Below, one piece after another: positions 38,810-48,191 of a DNA stretch of 64,000 nucleotides (positions are counted from its first letter, which is position 1; each line of letters starts with the position of its first letter). Location of the stretch: the NCBI GenBank assembly GCA_016712505.1, contig JADJQY010000002.1:254203-318202 (forward strand), in the 5' to 3' direction. The stretch comes from Candidatus Eiseniibacteriota bacterium (GTDB taxonomy: Bacteria > Eisenbacteria > RBG-16-71-46 > CAIMUX01). Below the pieces are notes generated by a model that was not told the DNA's origin, ran no database searches, and saw nothing but the letters and a program-made list of their open reading frames with translations. Made by a program: the position numbers and the translations under genes.

Positions 38810-41413
38810 GTGAAGGACGTTTCCCCTACGCCCTCGGATCGGCCGAACTCTGAATCTGGACCGAAAGCGAGTGCGACCGGCGGTGGTGCCGCCGCCACCC
38901 TCCGGATCCCGAAGGGGGCAGAGGGGCAGGACGTGCGGAGTTTCCTCCTCCTCCTGGCCCAGCTCCTGGTAGTGCTGCTGGTCATCGACCGATTCCGGAT
39001 CGAAAGCGCGTCGTTCCTGCACCTCTCGGTGCTCACCGTGGCCGGCTTCGCCATCCACTATTTCCTCCCCTTCCGCCACCGGCTGCCGTTCTTCGCCCTC
39101 CTTTCGGGCGCGGCGATCGCTCACATCCTCGGGCCGGTCGGGGGGGCCTGGACACTCGGTCTGGGCCTGGGGTTGATCGGGATCGCGCACCTGCCGATTC
39201 CGATGCCGGTGCGGATCGCGATCCTGCTCGCCATCGGCGCCGCGGCCGCGGTCTTCCGCTTCGGCATCGGAGAGGTGCCCTGGTCACCGGCCATCTGGCC
39301 GATCCTCGGCTCGCTCTTCGTCTTCCGGATGATCAACTATCTCTAGGATCTGAGTCACAAGTCCGGACCGAAGCGGATCTCAGAGACGCTGGCCTATTTC
39401 TTCATGCTCCCGAACATCTGCTTCCCGCTCTTTCCGGTGGTCGACTTCACCAAGTTCACCCGGAACTACTACGACGAGGAGAGGCACAAGATCTACGGCA
39501 CCGGAGTGCAGTGGATCTGGCGCGGCGTGCTGCAGTTGATCCTCTACCGCCTGGTTTACTATCACCTGACGATCGATTCGCTCGCGGTGCACAATCTGGC
39601 CGATCTGGTCGTCTACATGTTCTCGACCTTCATGCTCTACGTCCGGATCTCGGGCCACTTCCACATCATCATTGGAATTCTGCATCTCTTCGGGCTCAAC
39701 CTGCCCGAATCGCATCACCGGTACTTCTTCGCGGCGAGCTACACCGACTTCTGGCGGCGGATCAATATCTACTGGAAGGACTTCATGATGAAGATCTTCT
39801 ACTACCCCGCCTACTTCAAGCTGCGCCGCTTCGGGGAGACCACCTCGTTGATCGGGGCGACCCTCTGGACGTTTCTCCTCACCTGGATCCTGCACACCGT
39901 GCAGTGGTTCTGGATCCGGGGCTCGCTCTTCATCGAGGCGAACGACATCGCCTTCTGGTCGATCTTCGCCCTCCTGGTGCTGGGCAACGCGCTCTACGAG
40001 ACGCGCAAGGGACGCAAGCGTACGCTGACCAAGCGCGCCCGCACCTTCGGCGAGGGACTCGGGCTGGCGCTGCGCACCCTCGGGGTCTTTGCTTCGATCT
40101 GCGCTCTCTGGTCGCTCTGGACGGCGGAATCGATCCCCGACTGGGGCCTGCTCTGTACGGCTGCCACGGTGATGCCGCCGTGGGAAGCGAGCCGCTGGGT
40201 CCTGGTGCTGAGCGGCCTCGCGCTGGCGGCCGGGGTCGCGCTCTACGGCGTCTGGAAAGGCTGGGGCACCGGGATCGAGGTCTTCTCTCCGAAGCGCGCC
40301 GCGACCTCCATCCTGGTCGGGGGAACGGCGCTGGTCCTGCTCACCACCACGCCGGTGATCGGCGCGCTGGGCAAGGGAGGCGAGCTGGTCGAGTCGCTCC
40401 GTTCGACCCACCTGAGCCGGCGCGACGCCGAGCAGTTCCAGCGCGGCTACTACGAGAACCTGCTCGCGGTGAGCAAGTTCAACTCCGAGCTGAACCGGAT
40501 CTACGAGAAGATGCCGAGCAACTTCGTCCGCTCCCTCGACGTCCTCGGCCTCAGCCGGGCGACCGGCGACTACCAGGACTACGAGATGGTGCCGCAGAAG
40601 GAGGGGCGCTTCTACGGCGCGATGGTGACGACCAACCAGTGGGGGATGCGCGATCGCGATTACTCCCTGGAGCGGCCGGACGACGTCGTGCGGGTGGCGT
40701 TGATCGGCGCGTCGTTCGCCATGGGCTCGGGCGTGGAAGCCGATTCGGTCTTCGAGGCGCTGATCGAGGAGCGCCTCAACCGGGAGAACGACCGCACGCG
40801 CCACCAGCGCTACGAGGTGTTGAACTTCGCCGTCGCCGGCTACTCGCCGCTGCACAGCCTGATGCAGCTGGAGAAGAACGTCTTCAAGTTCCAGCCCGAT
40901 GTGGTGGTCTTCGTCGCCCACTCGAACGATCTCGAGCGCTCCGCCAGGCAGTGCGCCCGGCTGGCGCTCAAAGGGGTGACGCCGCCCGATCCGTTCCTGA
41001 GCGATCTGGCCGAGCGGGCCAAGGTCCGTCCCCCGATGGGACCGAACGAGTCGATGCGACGGATGCGACCGCATGACGCGGAACTCCTCTCCTGGATCTA
41101 CCGTCGGATCGCCGGCCAGTGCCGGGCGCGGGAGATCGTGCCGGTGTTCGTCTATCTTCCCGGCGTCACCGCGGCAGCCGAGACCTGGCGGGCGCCCGAC
41201 CGGGCCCGCGTGCTCGAACTGGGACGGTCCGCCGGTTTCGAGTTCATCGATCTCACCGGGGTGTTCGACGGCCGCCCGCCCGAGTCGCTCTGGATCCTGG
41301 AGAACGATCCCCATCCGAACGGCAAGGGGAACGTGCTCACGGCCGACCGGCTCTACCCCCAGTTGCGCGAGGTGATCCTGCGCACGGTCGGTCCGCGGCC
41401 CCGGATCGACTGA
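38810..41413 (+). CDS. MBOAT-family O-acyltransferase fused to an SGNH/GDSL-like domain (AlgI/AlgJ-like); in-frame TAG at 39344-39346
   Basis: ORFs 38810..39346 and 39404..41413 share one frame. The stop interrupts the MBOAT-typical FRMINYL[*]DLSHK..AYFFMLPNICFPLFP region. The C-terminal part has VALIGASFAMGSG and ENDPHPNGKGN (SGNH-like blocks). Confidence 0.7.
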
Positions 41414-41515
41414 CGGCCGAGCCGCGCCGCCGCGCGCGGTTGCGCTATACTGCGAACGATCGCGGAGGGATCCGCGAACGGGGCTGCGCGTTCCATTTTC
41501 AATCCCGGGAGACGG

Positions 41516-43081
41516 ATGACCACTCGCAAGATCCTCTGGGCCGACGACGAGATCGACATGCTGCGCCCGCACATCCTGTACCTCCAATTGAAGGGGTTCA
41601 GCGTCGCGGCGGTCTCGAACGGGGAGGATGCGCTCGCCTCGCTGGCGCGCGAGCCGTACGACATCGTGCTGCTCGACGAGATGATGCCCGGGATGGGCGG
41701 CCTCGCGACCCTGGAGCAACTCCACGAGAAGCATCCGGCGGTGCCGGTGATCATGATCACCAAGAGCGAGGAAGAGAATCTGATGAACCTCGCCATCGGA
41801 CGGCAGATCGAGGACTACCTGACCAAGCCGGTCAACCCCAGCCAGATCTTCCTCGCGATCAAGAAGGTGTTCGAATCGGAACTGCTCCAGCGGCGACAGA
41901 AGACGCGCGACTACGTGGCCGAGTTTCGTGAGATCGTCTCCATGCGGCACGGAGATCTCAACTGGCAGGACTGGCTCGATCTCTTCGGGCGGGCCACCGC
42001 CTGGGACCTGGAACTGCGCGGCATCGAGGACCAGAGCCTCGCCATGGCCCACCAGGATCAGCGAGCGCAGCTCAACCGCGAGTTCGGTCGCTACATCGAG
42101 CAGCAGTATCCCCGCTGGGTCAAGGCGCCGCGGGCCGATCGTCCGCCGCTCTCGATCGACATCCTACCGGAGTGGGTGATCCCGCATGCCAAGCAGGGGC
42201 GCCGGGTGGCGGTGGTGGTGATCGACTGCATGCGGCTCGATCAGTGGCTGGTGCTCGTGCCGCTGCTCAAGCCGTACTTCGACATCAAGACCGACCTCTA
42301 CTACTCGATCCTGCCCACCGCGACGCCGTACAGCCGGAACGCGATCTGGAGCGGCCTCTATCCGCTGGAGATCCAGACCCGCCATCCGCAATGGTGGTTG
42401 CCCGCGGACGAGAAGGAATCGGGACGCAATCGGCACGAGAAGGACCTGATGGAGGAGCTGCTCCGTCGCCATGGGGTGGAGGCCGAGAGCAGCCGCTTCA
42501 CCAAGGTCTACACCGCGATGGAAGGGAACAACCTGCGGAAGCGGATCGGAACTTTGGGTGAGATCCGGTTCCTCGGATTCGTCTTCAACTTCCTCGACAT
42601 GCTGGCCCACGGCCGGGCGGAGTCGGAGATCCTGCAGGAACTCGCCCCCGACGAGGAGGCGCTGCGCGGGCTGCTCTCCTCCTGGTTCCAGCACTCGGTG
42701 CTCTTCGAGGTCTTGCGCGTACTTTCCCGGCAGGACACCGTGGTGGTGGTAACCACCGACCACGGCGCGGTGATGGCGAAGCGCTCTTCGACCGTCCTGG
42801 CCAATCGCGAGACCTCGACCAGCGTGCGCTACAAGTTCGGCGACAACCTGGTCTGCGACGAGAAGGAAGCGTTCCACATCAAGGATCCCGAGGCGATGAT
42901 GTTGCCGCGGGACCGGTTGCTCACCCACTACATCCTGGCCAAGGAAAACTACTACTTCGTCTACCCGACCAACTTCCACAAGTACGAGCGGCAGTATCGC
43001 GGCAGCTTCCAGCACGGGGGCGTCTCGCTCGAAGAGATGGTGCTGCCGGTGGCCACCCTGATGCCCCGCGGCGTGTCGTAG
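41516..43081 (+). CDS. PorX-like response regulator (CheY receiver + PglZ/alkaline-phosphatase-superfamily domain)
   Basis: ILWADDEIDMLRPHILYLQLKGF...DIVLLDEMMPGMGG receiver domain. PglZ-type region with VVVIDCMRLDQW, TATPYSRNAIWSG and VVTTDHG. Confidence 0.85.
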   Translation: MTTRKILWADDEIDMLRPHILYLQLKGFSVAAVSNGEDALASLAREPYDIVLLDEMMPGMGGLATLEQLHEKHPAVPVIMITKSEEENLMNLAIGRQIEDYLTKPVNPSQIFLAIKKVFESELLQRRQKTRDYVAEFREIVSMRHGDLNWQDWLDLFGRATAWDLELRGIEDQSLAMAHQDQRAQLNREFGRYIEQQYPRWVKAPRADRPPLSIDILPEWVIPHAKQGRRVAVVVIDCMRLDQWLVLVPLLKPYFDIKTDLYYSILPTATPYSRNAIWSGLYPLEIQTRHPQWWLPADEKESGRNRHEKDLMEELLRRHGVEAESSRFTKVYTAMEGNNLRKRIGTLGEIRFLGFVFNFLDMLAHGRAESEILQELAPDEEALRGLLSSWFQHSVLFEVLRVLSRQDTVVVVTTDHGAVMAKRSSTVLANRETSTSVRYKFGDNLVCDEKEAFHIKDPEAMMLPRDRLLTHYILAKENYYFVYPTNFHKYERQYRGSFQHGGVSLEEMVLPVATLMPRGVS

Positions 43082-43094
43082 CGGGATTCCGGAG

Positions 43095-43661
43095 GTGATT
43101 CGCCTGACCTGGCAGAGCGGCTCCGAGGAGGAGACCGCGCGGTTGGGAGCGGCGCTCGGGGCCGCCCTGGTGCCGCCGCTCTGGATCGGGCTCGAGGGGC
43201 CGCTCGGCGCGGGAAAGACGCGCTTCGCCGCCGGCCTGGCCCAGGGGCTCGGCTATCGCGGCCGGGTGCGGAGCCCGACCTTCGTGCTCGAGAATCGCTA
43301 CTCGGGCCGGACCTCGATCCGTCATCTCGACCTCTACCGTCTCGAAGCGCCGGACGAGGAGATGGTCGCTTCCTGGGACGAGGACCCACGGTCGGTGATC
43401 GTGGTCGAGTGGGCCGAGCGCGCGGCGGAGCGCCCGGAGCGCGCGCTGCGAGTCGTGATCGACCCGCTCGGCCCTGACGAATCCGGTGATCCCGACCGCC
43501 GCGGGGGCGCGAGTGGGCCGAACGGAGACTCCCTCCGGTGGGTCACGATTGAATGGGAAGGCAGGGATCTGCTGTTGCACGACCTGAGGCTCGAGGGAAT
43601 CTCTCGCCCTGCGGAAACGACCGACGCCGATCCGAGGTCACCGGCGGAGCGAGCGCAATGA
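43095..43661 (+). CDS. tsaE: tRNA t6A37 biosynthesis ATPase TsaE
   Basis: GLEGPLGAGKTRFAAGLAQGLG, SPTFVLENRY and HLDLYRL motifs. Confidence 0.85.
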   Translation: MIRLTWQSGSEEETARLGAALGAALVPPLWIGLEGPLGAGKTRFAAGLAQGLGYRGRVRSPTFVLENRYSGRTSIRHLDLYRLEAPDEEMVASWDEDPRSVIVVEWAERAAERPERALRVVIDPLGPDESGDPDRRGGASGPNGDSLRWVTIEWEGRDLLLHDLRLEGISRPAETTDADPRSPAERAQ

Positions 43662-44482
43662 GCGGTGCCTCGGGTCGAATCGAGGAGGGCTTTGCCGCCG
43701 GGCTGGTGCTCGGGATCGAAACCTCGGGCGGCTTGACCGGCACGGCGCTCGCGCAGGATGGCCGCCTCATCGCGGAGTCCGCGCTCGACATCTGGGCGCG
43801 CAGCCAGGAAATGCTGATGGCGCAGGTCGAGCGGGTACTGGGTGACCATGGCCGGAGGCCGAGCGACCTGGCGCGGATCGGTGTGGCGGTCGGTCCGGGG
43901 TCGTTCACCGGGCTCCGGGTCGGGATCGCTGCGGCCCAGGGCCTGGCCCTCGGTCTGGGCATTCCCTGCGTCGCCGTCTCGAGCCACCAGGCCCTCGGGC
44001 TACCGTACCGCGGGCTCGACTGCGACCTGGTGTTCCTCACCGGCGAACGCCGGGGCACGGTGATGCTGGAGGCCGGCCGATGGGTCGGCGCGGACTGGCA
44101 GGCGTGGCTCCCAGCAGAGGCGGTGGCGATTGACACGGTCGAGGCGCGACTCCGGGCCGGTCCGGCCAGCCGGACGTTGCTTTTCATCGGTGAGGCGGTA
44201 GATTCGATCCGCCGGGCGCAGGCGCGGCTGGCGGACCTGGGTTCCGCGATCGACGACCCGTTCCACGCCGTGCGGCGACCCGGGGCGGTGGCGCGGCTGG
44301 CGGCCTCGGCCGGTGCGCGGCTGATTCCGCCCACCGAGTTGGAGCGGCTGGCCCCGGTCTACCTTCGAGGAGCGGACGCGCGCCGACCGGAGAGGAGGCC
44401 GGCGGCGGAGGGACCAACCCGGCCGAGCGGCCCGGCTGGACCGGAAGCGACCGGACGGGAGACCGACGCGAAGCGGGAGTGA
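43658..44482 (+). CDS. tsaB: tRNA t6A37 biosynthesis protein TsaB
   Basis: ATGA overlap with tsaE. LGIETSG... and GVAVGPGSFTGLRVGIAAAQGLALGLGIP motifs. Confidence 0.85.
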   Translation: MSGASGRIEEGFAAGLVLGIETSGGLTGTALAQDGRLIAESALDIWARSQEMLMAQVERVLGDHGRRPSDLARIGVAVGPGSFTGLRVGIAAAQGLALGLGIPCVAVSSHQALGLPYRGLDCDLVFLTGERRGTVMLEAGRWVGADWQAWLPAEAVAIDTVEARLRAGPASRTLLFIGEAVDSIRRAQARLADLGSAIDDPFHAVRRPGAVARLAASAGARLIPPTELERLAPVYLRGADARRPERRPAAEGPTRPSGPAGPEATGRETDAKRE

Positions 44483-44498
44483 AAGGTGTGACCGAGCC

Positions 44499-44960
44499 GT
44501 GGTGATCGAGGAACAGGCCCTGGCCGAGTCGGACCTCGACGAGGTGGTCGATCTGGAACGGACCTGCTTCTCCGACGCCTGGTCGCGCGAAGCGTTCGAG
44601 GACGAAGTCGACCGCGCCGCGCACGGGGGCTACTCCCGGGTGGCTCGGATCGGGGGAGAACTGGCTGGGTATCTGATCAGCTGGTTCATCTACGATGAGG
44701 CCCATCTGGCCAACCTCGCGGTCGATCCGCGGTGGAGGCGTCAGGGGGTGGGGAGAACAATGCTGCAGGACTTCCTGCGCGAGGCGCGACTGCGCGGATG
44801 CAGCGTCGCGCACCTGGAGGTCCGGGCCACGAACGACGGGGCGATCGATCTGTATCGCGCCCATGGCTTCCAGCCGGTGTCGGTGCGGAAGAACTACTAT
44901 CAACGCGAGCACGAGGACGCACTGGTCATGGCCTGCTTCCTCCGCCGCGAGGAGGAGTGA
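44499..44960 (+). CDS. rimI: ribosomal-protein-alanine N-acetyltransferase
   Basis: A GNAT fold (LANLAVDPRWRRQGVGRTML... HLEVRATNDGAIDLYRAHGF) and its conserved tsaE-tsaB-rimI context. Confidence 0.8.
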   Translation: MVIEEQALAESDLDEVVDLERTCFSDAWSREAFEDEVDRAAHGGYSRVARIGGELAGYLISWFIYDEAHLANLAVDPRWRRQGVGRTMLQDFLREARLRGCSVAHLEVRATNDGAIDLYRAHGFQPVSVRKNYYQREHEDALVMACFLRREEE

Positions 44961-44965
44961 TCTCG

Positions 44966-45871
44966 ATGGCGTCGCCCTTCAATCTCAAGAAGGAGGGGAG
45001 CAAGTCCCCGGCGGGAAAGTCCGCGACCGGCAAGTCGGGCGGCGGCTCTTCGTCGGGCAAGAACAGTCCGGACGGGATCTGGGTGAAGTGCCCGGACTGT
45101 TCGGAGATCCTCTTCCGCAAGGAGGTGGAGCGGAATCAGTGGGTCTGCGTGAAGTGCAGCCACCATTTCCGCATCTCGGCCGACGACTACCTCGCCCTGA
45201 TGGTCGATGAAGGAACCTTCGACGAGCGCTTCACCAATCTCTCCTCGCTCGACCCGCTCAAGTTCAAGGACTCGAAGCGGTATCCCGACCGTCTGAGGGA
45301 CGCGGAGGCGGGGGGCCGCAAGGACGCGGTGGTCACCGGCATCGGACGAGTCGCCGGGGAGCCGGCCTGCGTGGCCGTGATGGACTTCAACTTCATGGGC
45401 GGAAGCATGGGTTCGGTCGTGGGCGAGAAGCTCGCCCGCCTCACCGAGGTCGCGATCCAGGAGGAGCTGCCGCTGATCATCGTCTCCTGCTCGGGCGGCG
45501 CGCGCATGCAGGAGGGAATCCTCTCCCTGATGCAGCTGGCCAAGACCAGCGTGCAGCTCGCGCGTCTGGGGGAACGTGGCCTCCCGTTCATCTCGGTCAT
45601 GACCCACCCCACCACCGGGGGAGTGACGGCCAGCTTCGCCATGCTTGGCGACGTGATCCTGGCCGAGCCGAAGGCCCTGATCGGATTCGCCGGTCCGCGG
45701 GTGATCGAGCAGACGATCCAGCAGGAACTGCCCAAGGGGTTCCAGCGCTCGGAGTTCCTGCTCGAGCACGGCATGGTCGATCAGATCGTCTCGCGCAAGG
45801 ATCTGAAGAGCTCACTGGCCCAGTTCATCCGTTTCTTCCGGGACGCTCGCGCTGCGCGTCCGGCCCTCTGA
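44966..45871 (+). CDS. accD: acetyl-CoA carboxylase carboxyltransferase subunit beta
   Basis: Zinc ribbon WVKCPDCSEILFRKE...VCVKCSHHFR, followed by the carboxyltransferase domain (MDFNFMGGSMGSVVGEK). Confidence 0.92.
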   Translation: MASPFNLKKEGSKSPAGKSATGKSGGGSSSGKNSPDGIWVKCPDCSEILFRKEVERNQWVCVKCSHHFRISADDYLALMVDEGTFDERFTNLSSLDPLKFKDSKRYPDRLRDAEAGGRKDAVVTGIGRVAGEPACVAVMDFNFMGGSMGSVVGEKLARLTEVAIQEELPLIIVSCSGGARMQEGILSLMQLAKTSVQLARLGERGLPFISVMTHPTTGGVTASFAMLGDVILAEPKALIGFAGPRVIEQTIQQELPKGFQRSEFLLEHGMVDQIVSRKDLKSSLAQFIRFFRDARAARPAL

Positions 45872-45898
45872 GCCCCGGACCCGACTCGGATCTCGCGC

Positions 45899-47221
45899 GT
45901 GAGCTACGCCGCGACGACTGCCTATCTCTTCGGGCTCGAGAGCCGCGGGATCAAGCTCGACCTCGATCGGATGCGCGCCGCCGAGCAGGCGCTCGGTCAT
46001 CCCGAGCAGGCCTTCCCGTCGATTCTCGTCGCGGGCACCAACGGCAAGGGATCCACCTCGACGCTTCTGGCCTCGGTCCTGGAACTGGGAGGGCGTCGCG
46101 TGGGTCTCTACACCTCGCCGCATCTGCTCGATTTCCGGGAGCGGATCCGGGTCGACGGCCGCATGATCGAGCCCGAGGCGGTAGTGGCGCGGGTTGCGGC
46201 CGATCGCGAGGTCTGGGAGCGGTACGAGCTCTCGTTCTTCGAGGCGACCACGCTGCTCGCGCTCTCGTACTTTCGAGATCGCGCGGTCGATCTCGCGGTG
46301 CTCGAGGTGGGGATGGGAGGACGTCTGGACGCAACCAACACGGCGGAGCCGATCCTCTCGGTGGTGACCGCCCTCGGCATGGACCATGCCCAGGTGCTGG
46401 GCGACACGCCGGCCAAGATCGCGCGCGAGAAGGCGGGGATCTTCCGCTCTGGAGTCCCGGCCGTGGCGGCCGGCGGCCCCCTGACCGCGACCGCGGCGTT
46501 GCGCCAGGTCGCCGCGGAGATGCGGACCCCGCTCCGTCTCCGCCGCGAATGGGTGGCAGTGAACGAGCTGCGGCGCGACTCCGAGGGGACGGTCTTCGCG
46601 GTGCGAGCCCGAGGCGCGCGCGGACTGAAGGCCGCTCCGCTCCGGCTCCGCACCCCCCTGCGAGGCGGTCATCAGGTCGGGAACGCAGCGCTGGCCACCT
46701 TGGCCCTCTGGACGCTGCGCGAGCAGGGACTGGAGATCTCCGATCCGGCGATCGCCTCCGGATTCAGCCGGGCCCGCTGGCCTGGCCGGTTGGAGCGTCC
46801 CCGACCCGATCTCGAGCTGTTGGCCGACGCGGCGCACAACCGGGAAGGGGCTCGCGTGGTGGCCGAGAGCCTGGCCTCCGAGGCGCGGAGACGCGAGATC
46901 CGCCTGGTCGCCGGCATGGTCGAAGGGAAGGACCATCTCGGCTTCTTTCGCGAGATGCGGCGCCTCTCCACGCGCGTCTGGATCGGCGCCCCGCGCACGC
47001 CCCGCGCGATGCCTCCGGAGGCCCTGGCCGCGGCGGCCCGCTCGGCCGGATTCGAGACCACGACCTTCGGATCGGTGCGCGCCGCGCTCGAGGGGGCGCT
47101 CGCGGGTACCGGGACTCCCGATGGGCCGCTCGTCCTCCTCGCCGGATCGTTCTTCACCCTCGAGGAGGGGTATCGATCGCTCGACATCGGGCCGATGGAG
47201 TCCCTGTGGCACTCATCGTGA
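45899..47221 (+). CDS. folC: bifunctional folylpolyglutamate synthase / dihydrofolate synthase
   Basis: VAGTNGKGSTSTLLASVL P-loop with a Mur-ligase-like middle and C-terminal domain. Confidence 0.88.
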   Translation: MSYAATTAYLFGLESRGIKLDLDRMRAAEQALGHPEQAFPSILVAGTNGKGSTSTLLASVLELGGRRVGLYTSPHLLDFRERIRVDGRMIEPEAVVARVAADREVWERYELSFFEATTLLALSYFRDRAVDLAVLEVGMGGRLDATNTAEPILSVVTALGMDHAQVLGDTPAKIAREKAGIFRSGVPAVAAGGPLTATAALRQVAAEMRTPLRLRREWVAVNELRRDSEGTVFAVRARGARGLKAAPLRLRTPLRGGHQVGNAALATLALWTLREQGLEISDPAIASGFSRARWPGRLERPRPDLELLADAAHNREGARVVAESLASEARRREIRLVAGMVEGKDHLGFFREMRRLSTRVWIGAPRTPRAMPPEALAAAARSAGFETTTFGSVRAALEGALAGTGTPDGPLVLLAGSFFTLEEGYRSLDIGPMESLWHSS

Positions 47222-47246
47222 CGAACCTCGAGGCGGGCGCCGGGAG

Positions 47247-48191
47247 ATGCGGATGAGCGCGCCGGCCGGACCTGGGCGCGGGACCGCGCTCGGCGCCGAT
47301 ATCGGCGGAACCGCGATCAAGCTCGGCCGCCTCGACGGCGCGTCGCGCGCGGAGCGGGAGATTCCGACCGATCCCGACTCCGGCTCCGGCTCGCTTGCGG
47401 AGCGGCTCTCCGCCGCCTGGCGCGAGCTGCTGCTCCCCGGGGAGGCGGTTCCCCCACTCGGGATCGGCTGCGCCGGGCTCATCGATGCCGGAAGCGGTGA
47501 GGTCGTCACCTCGGCCAATCTCCCCGGCTGGTCCCGGGAACCGCTGGCCGATCGTGTCGCCTCCCTGATGGGACGCCGCCCGGTGTTGCTCAACGATGCC
47601 AGCGCCTTCGTCCTGGCCGAGAGCCGCCTCGGGGCCGGTCGCGCCCACGGCGCTGGCACGATCGTCGGCCTGGCGATCGGCACCGGGGTCGGGGGCGGGC
47701 TGGTGATCGACGGTCGCCTGTACGAAGGGCCCCGCGGCTTCGCCGGCGAGCCGGGCCACATGCCGATCGACCTCGATGGGCCGGTCTGTGCCTGCGGGGC
47801 GCGCGGGTGCCTCGAGGCGATGATCGGGACGCGCGCGATTCAGGCGGCGTACGCCCGTCGTCGAAGGGAGGCCACGGTTCACACTCCGCGGGAGATCTTC
47901 GAGCGGGCGGAGGCGGGAGACGCGGCCGCGGCCGAGGTCTGGGAGGAGATCGGCGCCATCCTGGGGCGCGCCTTGACTGGACTGACCCACCTCCTCGATC
48001 CGGACCTGATCGTGGTTGGCGGCGGGATCGCTCGGGCGGGAGAACGACTCCTCGCCCCTGCGCGCCGGAGTTTCGCCCAGACCGTGATGGCGCCGGAGGG
48101 GCTCCGGCCCACCATCGTGCCGGCCGCGCTCGCGAACGCCGCCGGATGGATCGGCGCTGCCCTGCGTGCACGCGACGAGGAGACTCCATGA
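47247..48191 (+). CDS. ROK-family glucokinase
   Basis: LGADIGGTAIKLG ATP-binding start and the ROK zinc motif GEPGHMPIDLDGPVCACGARGCLE. Confidence 0.8.
   Translation: MRMSAPAGPGRGTALGADIGGTAIKLGRLDGASRAEREIPTDPDSGSGSLAERLSAAWRELLLPGEAVPPLGIGCAGLIDAGSGEVVTSANLPGWSREPLADRVASLMGRRPVLLNDASAFVLAESRLGAGRAHGAGTIVGLAIGTGVGGGLVIDGRLYEGPRGFAGEPGHMPIDLDGPVCACGARGCLEAMIGTRAIQAAYARRRREATVHTPREIFERAEAGDAAAAEVWEEIGAILGRALTGLTHLLDPDLIVVGGGIARAGERLLAPARRSFAQTVMAPEGLRPTIVPAALANAAGWIGAALRARDEETP

Noticed and set aside
39380-42052. Very long ORFs antisense to well-supported genes. Examples: 39380..42052(-), 10606..12654(-), 48875..52060(-), 58145..60286(-), 17550..19094(-), 6440..7498(+), 53517..55136(-) and 24333..26000(-).
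   Set aside because: Their products are Arg/Pro/Gly/Ala-rich with no recognisable motifs. Each lies opposite a gene with clear family signatures. These are the shadow ORFs expected in high-GC DNA.
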